Assembly (NCBI GenBank): GCA_964036045.1
Contig: OZ038378.1
Coordinates: 17,546,001 to 17,610,000 of the forward strand
DNA from: Eutreptiella sp. 'Long Island Sound 2002'
Taxonomy: Eukaryota > Protista > Euglenida
Length of the DNA: 64,000 nt
Reading direction: 5' to 3'
Part shown: one piece after another, positions 49,101 through 58,100 of the stretch
Layout: each line of letters begins with the position of its first letter
How positions within the stretch are numbered: the stretch's first letter is position 1
Position numbers and translations under genes: made by a program
The notes under the pieces: model-generated
Database searches by the model: none
What the model was told of the DNA's origin: nothing
Seen by the model: only the letters and a program-made list of their open reading frames with translations

Positions 49101-52100
49101 GTTGGACGCCACGTCCACGCTTTGCAGTGCTGTGGAACTGCGCGTGCTGTTCCCTGTGGTGCCCTGGAGCGTGTTGTGTGTGTGTAGCGGCCAGTTGCAC
49201 TCATCACGGTCCATGTGCAGTCCCGAAGCAAGGTGCGGATGGTCCATCTGGACCGGGCGCTGGCATACCGCATGACGACGCCATGATGATGTCTGCATTC
49301 GGTCGAAATCCTCGTTCAGATCTGATGGACAGTGTTGTAGGTTTGAATGCCGCACGCTGCAGTGTGAACGGTGGTCTGATTTGTTGCGCGATGTCATACG
49401 TCTCATGCGAGACGCGTGTGCTTTGTTCACACTGTGCAAGGCCCAAGGGGCAGGGGCACATACACACAGGGCAAGGGCATACGGGGTAATAGCACATGCA
49501 TTTATTTGGTGGGGGCGATCAGCGCACGATAGTGAGTGGCGGGCGGCTGTGGATGGGCACAACTGTGCAAGTGGGTGCCATATGTGAGGTTGCCCTGTGC
49601 AGGACTGGTTGATGCAGATGGTTTGTGATATTGCATTGCGGGTCCGGTTCGGCGTAGTTGTAGATTGTGGGTCGCTTTGACGACCTCGTCATTGGTATTT
49701 CCACGTGGCGTGGTGTGTGTACAGGCCCCAGGCAAGGAGCCAATGGTCCAGGTGGCCTTGGAGCCGGCCGGACTCCTGCAGATGATGCTGACATGATGTC
49801 TGCGTTTGGCAAACCTCCCAATGCGGATCTGATGGACAGCAGTCGCGGTATGACCGGTTCATGCATTGTCGCCTGGTGGCGTGCAGGGGCTTGCGTGTGT
49901 GTGATTGCGGTTTTGCGAGTCATAGCGGAATGAGGAAGCATGGGGAATGGTTGATGCGTGATGCATCGGGCAGTGGTACAGATTGTCATGCTAGGGCGTG
50001 GTATGGGTTGTAGAATGGACACGGGGTGATGGGTTTTGATCTGCTTTCATTGACCAGGATGATGTCCCTGTGCGAGTGCGCTGGGCTTTGCATTTGTGTG
50101 TCGGAGTGACTATGCAGACTTGGTAGCGACGTGGCGTACGGGGTAGGGATGCATTTTGGTTCTGTGTGGGCAATCGGACAACGGTGGGGCGTGTACATTG
50201 GTGCACGTCAGCAGGCGCTGTAGGATGGCGACTGCGGTTATATGATTGTTTGATGTTGGACGCCACGTCCACGCTTTGCAGTGCTGTGGAACTGCGCGTG
50301 CAGTTCCCCGTGGTGCCCTGGAGCGTGTTGTGTGTGTGTAGCGGCCAGTTGCACTCATCACGGTCCATGTGCAGTCCCGAAGCAAGGTGCGGATGGTCCA
50401 TCTGGACCGGGCGCTGGCATACCGCATGACGACGCCATGATGATGTCTGCATTCGGTCGAAATCCTCTTGCGGATCTGATGGACAGTGTTGTAGGTTTGA
50501 ATGCCGCACGCTGCAGTGTGAACGGTGGTCTGATTTGTTGCGCGATGGCATACGTCTCATGCGAGACGCGTGTGCTTTGTTCACACTGTGCAAGGCCCAA
50601 GGGGCAGGGGCACATACACACAGGGCAAGGGCATACGGGGTAATAGCACGTGCATTTATTTGGTCCGTGGGCGATCAGTACACCAGCCTTCCTGATGCCG
50701 TGCTTTATTGCTTCCTCGCTACGTCTGCGTTTTTCACCATCACGTTGTATGCGGCTGTTGTTTCTTGTCGTCACCGCATGTTTTTTATTTGTATTCTCAC
50801 GAAATGCAACTCAGTGTCTCTGGCCAGAGTCACCGGCAGGCGTTAATTGCGGTTGTGCATGCCAGTCGTTGATTTCAATTTCCCACCGCAGTTGACGGTT
50901 GATTCTGTCTCAAACCTGCGGTGTAAAGGCTAGGCTCCCTATTTTGTTTTCTTTTGGACAACCGTCATAGACAAATTCCAGGGACAAGTGCCATGGAGGG
51001 CGTTCCGCTTTCTCTTATGGCCCTCCATCGTCCGCCGATTGATTTCAAGAGATTGGATCGTGTACAATGCACCTGCTCGCGGCCTCCGTCTCCGTACCAC
51101 CTCGTCTATGTGCAGGGCCAAGACAGGTGGACAGCGAGGCGGGTTCAGGCACTGATGCAGAGCTCATGAGGTCCTGTTTCATGGGCTCTCTGCCAAAGAT
51201 ACGCAGAGGTCTGAGGGGTGTGCGTGTACTGGTGCGGCTGGAGGGGCTGGGCGTGTTGCTCGTGTTCGGCACAAGGGCATACGCTGCCTGTGGTGGTTGA
51301 GGGGTTCGGTGCAGGGGAAGTGGGCATATTGGGCTCCTCATAGGACGAGGCTGGCATGAGATTACGGCGTCGTTGATGAAATATTCGAGGGCAAAGGGAT
51401 TTGTTTCATGATCAGGGGTACACGATCATTTGTACTCTCTGGGTACTTTCCACTGTGTTATGCACAGCACCGGTGGAACGGAAGCCGTCCCCGTCAGGCA
51501 TCCGCGAGGGCAGTCAACTGCCTCCTCAATTGATGTCGCACATCAGCCGGGACATCCCCAAGGCGGTCCATATGGATCTATGTATGACGCTGTCCCTCCC
51601 TCCCTCCCTCCCTCCCTCCCTCCCTCCCTCCCTCCCTCCCTCCCTCCCTCCCTCCCTCCCTCCCTCCCTCCCTCCCTCCCTCCCTCCCTCCCTTTTTCTC
51701 TCCCCGCGTGCGTGCGTGTGCGTGTGTGCACCCTCGGTGGGTTTTTTTGTGTGTTTGTGGCAACACGCATTCAAACATGGGCTCGCCACTAACCATCCAA
51801 TGTCATGCCTTTCACACACATGATGTGCATGCACCACCGCTGCCCTGCTGCCGCCATGGGCAGTGCCAATGCTGGTCATAAGCCCTGCAACACATGGTTT
51901 TGCTGCGCATTTTTGGCCGTGGTGACAACTGAAGAGGTAACCAAGTCGCTTTTATGGTTCTGGGTCAGTCCGAACTGACAGGACAATTTCGGGCAAACAC
52001 ATGGAATGCTGCACGCATAGTGTTTTGTTTGTGGCAGCCTGCTCAAGGCAGTGGATGCACAGGTTTTTTTTATGCCGTTGACTCTACAGAGTGACTCTAT

Positions 52101-55100
52101 GACATGATTTTAGGGTGGGGGGAATCGGACCCACCCGCCCTGTTACACCCATCACTGATGGGTGGCTGCTCTGAGGGCCTGGGTGAAGGGGTTCATGGGT
52201 TCATGGGTTTTCATGAGCGGTACGGTTTCGATTTTTCCACATATAATTTCTGTTCTTCTTGGTCGTTTGTCGGGTCAGCCAACGGGGTGCTGATGGCCAA
52301 AGATCTCGACGCGTTCTCCCGCTGTACAGATTCCGATGACCCTTCAGCAGTGCAGGAGGTCCAGCGGCACTCATATGACAGCACTGTGCAAGAGCTGTCT
52401 ATGATCGATGATCCTGATCTGGAAGCCACTATGATGGATAGTATGCCCCATGCCCCAGGCCACGCAATCCCTCGACCTGCCTGAGGGGCATGTGCGTTCA
52501 ATTGCTGGCATCACACCCTCTCGTGGCATTGCATTCTTTTTTACGGGACCCGAGGTCAATTTGCAACGAGGTCACAAGGCTCATCTGTCATAGCACATGA
52601 CGCCTGAACCAAAAGTCGATTTCGTGTCCTACTCCGATCCCCAGGGACACTGAACGGAACCGTGCTCTTGGTAAGCACCCTATACGTCCCACTCTTTTGT
52701 ATTTTGGCAGGAGCAGGGAGCATTCTGGCATCAGTAGAACCCATTGCACTACCAAATATCAGGCTGAGACGTGTTTGCCATTGTATGGGTCCTGTGCAGT
52801 GATCCTTCAAAGATGTCGTCCAGACGGTGCATACAAAGTTATTTCAGCCGTCGGGCGTGCTCGAGTATCCCCGGTGACCCCGTGAGCCGGAAGGGACGGA
52901 TTATGGTTCGCTGGTGCCTGGGGATGGCCCGGGTGTTCCGCCTCCATGGACGCTACAAGAGAGGTTTCTGGACCGTGAGAACACCGCTGGGGCCCAAATT
53001 ATCCCTCACAAAGGCCTGATGTCACATGTGCACAACGCCGGACGTGGCATGTGTCGGGGGCAGAGTGATTTTGAGTGATTTGTGTCCCACATTTGGTCTG
53101 GGTCGAGGCCTTTTATGTCTTTGCGGGGGGCCGCGAGTGGGTGACAGTGGGTGCAAACCGTCCTTCCCACTGGTCCTCAGTCGCTGTTGGACATCAGTCT
53201 ATCGAACAGGACTTGCAACTCTGCCCCAGCGCATGCAAACCCGTCACTCTGTTGGGCCGGCGGGTCATTGAGAGGTGTAAGCACTGTGGAAGAGGCCTGC
53301 CAACGTGCCTATCCGGCACCACTCACCGCCATAAGAGCCCGAGAGGCCACGCATAGCGTTCACAGGTGCGGGGTCTTCTTTGTCATTTTGACCCCCCCCC
53401 CCTCAATGTGCTTTGCATTCTGGATTCCCACCCAGGCAGGTGGATGCCCGCAGCAGTGCGGATGCCCCCAGCAGTGCGGATGCCTGCTTGTCATAGCAGA
53501 AGGTTCAAGGGCGAGAGGCCAATAGGCGCCGCCACAGGCTAACGGAGCCAACCACCAAGGCTTTGTGCCAAACCCCCCCTCAGTGTGCTGTTGAACCACT
53601 CACATCAGCTCTGCGGAGCACAAAACCATATGTCAAAGTATGAAACCTCTGTCTTTGTGCCAGCGATTTTCTTGTGCTGCGCCTTTAGAGACGTCGCTGG
53701 CCGCATCCCGCTGTGCATCACCGATGGGCATATCCCGCAGCACATCACCGGTTCCAGCTCCCCATTCATCATCTCTCGACCACGGTCCCAGCGAATCTAG
53801 AGCCGTATCGGGAGGTATGTGCCATGTCACGTTGTGCATCTGAGGTGCTCTTGTGCTGCTGTCCCTGCTCTGCCTGTGATGAGTGGCCATGGGCTGCAGC
53901 ATGCTCAATAAGAACGAGCCTGGCCAGGAACCTGATTCAATCAGCAAACAGAGTCACAGCCGCAACATCGCATTGTCCCGCACCGCCTCCATTACACTGC
54001 AGACGCCGGAAATGACACACGGGCTCGGCCGATTGAAGGAGGGTATCTACAGAGGCTGCGGGCCCTGCTGCCAGGTGTACCAGGTACCAGCTCTCATCAC
54101 CTATGAGACTTCCGTACCCCGATGCTCTGCTGTATTTTTAGTGTGGCATTGTGTGCGACATATCTCTCGGGGACACCGGATTTCATGCCAACGCGGAGCG
54201 TTTTCAGGGGTTGGTGCCTTTCTTGCCTCATTTGTGCCCGCTGACTGTCCCAAAGGGGGGGGTATGTGGGGTATATTCGAAAAGCCCTTGAAAAGGGCTG
54301 TTTGGAACACCCTGGGTTCGCATGCTGTACTAGCGACATGTTTGAGAGTTTCGTCCGTTTTGGACAGCATGTGTGCAGCCTGCTGCCTCTCTTTGTCAAC
54401 AGGCAGCTACTATGTCTGTATGCAAATTCACGCAACGTGCTGTAGCGTCCCCGGACGCACCACAAAAACCTTTGCTGCGCAAAAGGGCTCGCTCTGGGGG
54501 TGCAGAGTGGGTGCGTGTGATTCGGGGTCCTGCCAAGCAAACCAAGAAGCCTCGTACAGGCGGTTCACAGCAACCTGCATGCGACCACGAGGAGCACCAG
54601 ATTTTTTCCACTTCTGAGGCCGCTGCTTTTGCAGCCCAGTTTTGGGATAAAAAGACTCACCCCGCCTGTTTTGGTCAGAGATGACAAAATGAAATGGTTG
54701 GATTTTGGCAAGACACCGGACCCTGAAAACCTTGAGGCCCATTCCGGTTTTGCCTGGATGAAATCAGGGTACAGTGAGGCCGTTGCATGGCGCAAGGTCC
54801 GGCTGACCAAACAGCGAAATGCGCTCTGTGTGTCCTTCCGTTTACAGCTCTTTGTGCAAAACTGTGACCACCTACCCCCCCCCCCCCAACCCATACATTT
54901 CTGAAACGGCCTTTTCTCACAGATTTCAAAAAGTATACACATACTCCCCCCCCCTATGGGACGAAATTTTAGTGCATTGGACCAAAACGTGAGAAAACCC
55001 TGAAAAATTGCGAATTTGCTCCGTGTTGGCACGTTCTGAATGTCCCCGAGAGATATGGACGGAGGAACTTTATGCATTTCTGTGGTTCCTGCGGTCTCAT

Positions 55101-58100
55101 CTACGCGTGGGCAAGCATGATGTGCGTTGCAGGGCAAGGGTCAGTGTGTTAGGGCTCAGCCTCCAGCTTTTCACGGCCGTAGGCCAAGCCGCAGTTGAGC
55201 TCAATTCGTCTCAGGTTAACGTTGTTGATGTTGTTTGAGAGATGTTATTTGCTGCAGGGCCGCGTCTGTGCTGGGTACGAGTTGTGGCACAGGCCGTATT
55301 GCAACGTTTCGGGGAGGTTTTCAGCGTGCGCTGCTTGTGAGTTGTTCAGCCGCGACGTGTGGCCATTGCACAGGCTGCAGGGGGTATTCAGAGCACTGGC
55401 TCGGTAGTCTCTTGGGATTTGTATGGGAGTTGCATAGGAGACGTATGTGGGCACAGCAAAGCCCCAACGGGCGCAAGGGAGTTTGCATTCACAACGCCTG
55501 TCTACCAAACTCTGCATCACGAAAGCCAAGGGGAGGCATACGAGCTGCCACTTAATGAGTTGTACGGGAGTCGCAGGGGAGTTGCACGAGGGTTGCATAC
55601 AAGTTGCATAGCGACATCTGCGAGTTGCGTGGGGGTTGTATGGGAGTTGCAAGGTGGTGGTCTGGGAGCATTGTGGAGCCGGATGGGGGGGGGGTGGTGG
55701 CTGTTGAAGGGGATTTGCAGTGGTGTTGTATGGGAACACGGAAAGCAGCATAGGATTTGCATCGGAGTGGCCTGACAGAGGCATGGCGCATGTGTAGAGG
55801 AGAGTCCATGGGAGTTGCAATCGTACATCATGTCAGAGGACGCACAAACCGCGGAGCTGGGCGGCATCTTTAAGGATTGGGACAGAATTTATACGAACAT
55901 GATTTGTGGCAACATATCCCTTTCTCCGGACACCCCCCCCCACACACACACACGAACCAGGGTGCGAATGCTTGTCAAAGAGCTTTCTGCGCGTCTTTCG
56001 CGCCCCGTTGAATGTTCACAAACCCGCTACTGGCACTGCCCTGCTTGTCGTTAGGGAGAAAACGCAGCAAAGGAGTACCCCCAGAGAGCGCAGCTGCCAG
56101 CCCACGCACGCCTTCAAATGTGGTCCCCGTGCCTCCCGGATTCAGTATCGCAGATGAACTGTGTATGTTCAGTGGCAAGGTTGAGGGCGCTGGGAGGGTA
56201 GTGGTGGTGGTAGTGGGGGTGTGCACGATCAGGGAGGGCCCGACCACCGTTTTGTTGGGTGTTTGGTGGTTCTTGTGGGGGGTCATCGTGTGCACAGTGC
56301 AGATGCAGTTTGTTTCGAAGGGGATCTCATCTCGTGTAACGCTCTGCTGCGGCTGTCATTTTGGTGAGTCGGTTGCGGCTCATGAGTCTGATTTACGCAG
56401 CCCCCTCCCCTCCATACGGCCAGGGCGTTGCAACACGGCAATCGTTGTGGCGAATGTCTTTTGGATCCGCCGTTGTTGTTGTGATGAGTTTGGCTTTGCA
56501 TTTGTGACCTTTCGTTTGGAGGATGTTTTTGAGTCTGCCCCATAGCGCCAGGTCCCTGCCAGCCCCCGTGTCCACACGTGCAATGTGTTAAGCCTCCATC
56601 CCCTACGCCGTGTGGTGACCTACGTGCCCGCGTCCAGTAGCACATTGGGTCCCGCCGGGGGCACGTGATGGCCGTCCTCTTTCCGCCCTCTCGCGCCCAC
56701 TCTTCAGGGTCTGACGCCGATTTGCCACCGCCTCCGGCACCAAGTCCGGTGCTGATGACGCACGTCGGAGGCCACGCGATGCCGGACGCCACAGTTATGG
56801 ATTTCACACGCCGCGGCCCCGCAGGTGCCATGTGCGTGCCATGGCAGCGCAACGCTGCGATCGGGCCGTACCGCGGACGAGAGACCCCCGGAGAACCCCC
56901 GAATGGAGGGGACGCGCATGGACAATGGCCTCCTCGGTTTGGTGGCTGGCGGGCGGTAGCCAGCGTCCCTATCTCCGGCTGCCACATACGCTCATGCACT
57001 TGTTTTGTGTTGTGCTTCTTCGCTGTGTTTTTCGGGTTGTGTACGGAAGAGTCAGCGTTGTATTTTGTGACCCCCCCGGGGGGCGTTCCCCGTTCCCAAG
57101 GATTCGTGTATGACGGAGGCGCAACAGTGCAGGCGGTGCGTGACAGGGGCCCCCACTGTCTGACGCCGGGAGGGCGGCCCCTGACCCGGACTGGCTCATT
57201 CGCTCGGGACCCGGGCCCGAAGGGAAGGAAAGGACCGCGCGGCGTGTGCAGGATGACGACGGGAGGGAGGGGACCTCCGGGGCATCGCCAACCCATGCCT
57301 CGGGGCACGAAGGGAGTTCACATGACGGGCCAATGCGGCACAGCAGCGGGCTCTCGGGGGTCGGTGTTGTGCTGTGCTGGTGTCAGGCACTGCCACAGGG
57401 AGGCCAGTGGGGTCTGGTCAAGAGGCCATTCCCCTCCCCATCGCGCTCGCCCTTCCCCATGCCCCCGCTGTCCAGGGTCCGGCTCCGAATCTCCGGCACA
57501 AGAGCCGGTGCTAATGACGCAGGTCAGAGGCCACACGATACCGGACGCCACCATTATGGATTTCGCACGCCACCACCCCGCAGGTGCCTGCTTGTCTGCC
57601 ATTGCAGGACAATGTCTGGACAGCAACGACACCCCCATTTACTATGGGACACCACATGCTGTGGCTTGTTGATGATGCCGCCTTTGATACCTCCCCCCCC
57701 CTGCTCTCCCCCGTGTGTGCCAGTGTGGCGGTGTAGAATTGCGGTCGGTGCACATTGCAACACTTTGTCCCTGCGTTTTGTGGATCCGGACTCTAGAAAT
57801 ATGTGTCCAGCGTATCTCCCACAATGCGTAGGTCTGTGCTCTGTGATCATCCCGCGTGTATGGCTGCTTTTCTTCTGCGGCACCCTGTGATCATTGCCTC
57901 GGTGCATGGGGGACGAGGGGGAGGGGGCGCACACGAGGCGCACTGTTGCAGGTGGAGGAGGGGGGGCTGCTGCAAACAAAGCGCATCACGGGGGAGATGG
58001 CTTTGGCGCTGAGGAGGCGCACAAGGGATTTGGCGCTGGGGAGGCGTGTAGTGGCCCCTGAACAGCCCGCGACCCAACCAGCCACCCGCCCCACAAGTGA

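Larger units (their letters stand above)
33494..50660 (+). repeat. Tandem array B (~1154 bp unit, 13 B1 + 12 B2 exons), interrupted once by a Sola transposon
   Basis: B1 starts: 33925, 35079, 36233, 37386, 38547, 39700, 40856, 42010, 43164, 46914, 48067, 49221, 50375. B2 starts: 34429, 35583, 36737, 37890, 39051, 40204, 41360, 42514, 46264, 47418, 48571, 49725. Confidence 0.95.

Noticed and set aside
13890-50500. Tandem box C/D snoRNA cluster (ATGATG...CTGA in every unit; copy C has CCTGCTGCGGAT, complementary to the conserved LSU rRNA stretch AUCCGCAGCAGG), or a TIGR-like guide array
   Set aside because: ATGATG and CTGA are simply Met-Met and Leu-Met codons. The copy with the best guide has TTGA (synonymous Leu) instead of box D, and other copies match rRNA over only 7-8 nt. 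Variation is synonymous, lengths are multiples of 3, and the segments are bounded by splice sites. Small-RNA sequencing would settle any dual use.
33541-50593. Repeated minus-strand ORFs of 241, 167, 126 and 97 aa in array B
   Set aside because: His/Thr-rich shadow frames of GT-rich introns, disrupted by intronic indels in several copies (e.g. near 37105, 38320, 40820); no motifs.
17520-50660. CRISPR array or rRNA/5S/spliced-leader gene repeats
   Set aside because: Units are 1.1-1.6 kb with no unique spacers and no cas genes; no 5S, SL or rRNA sequence was recognised.
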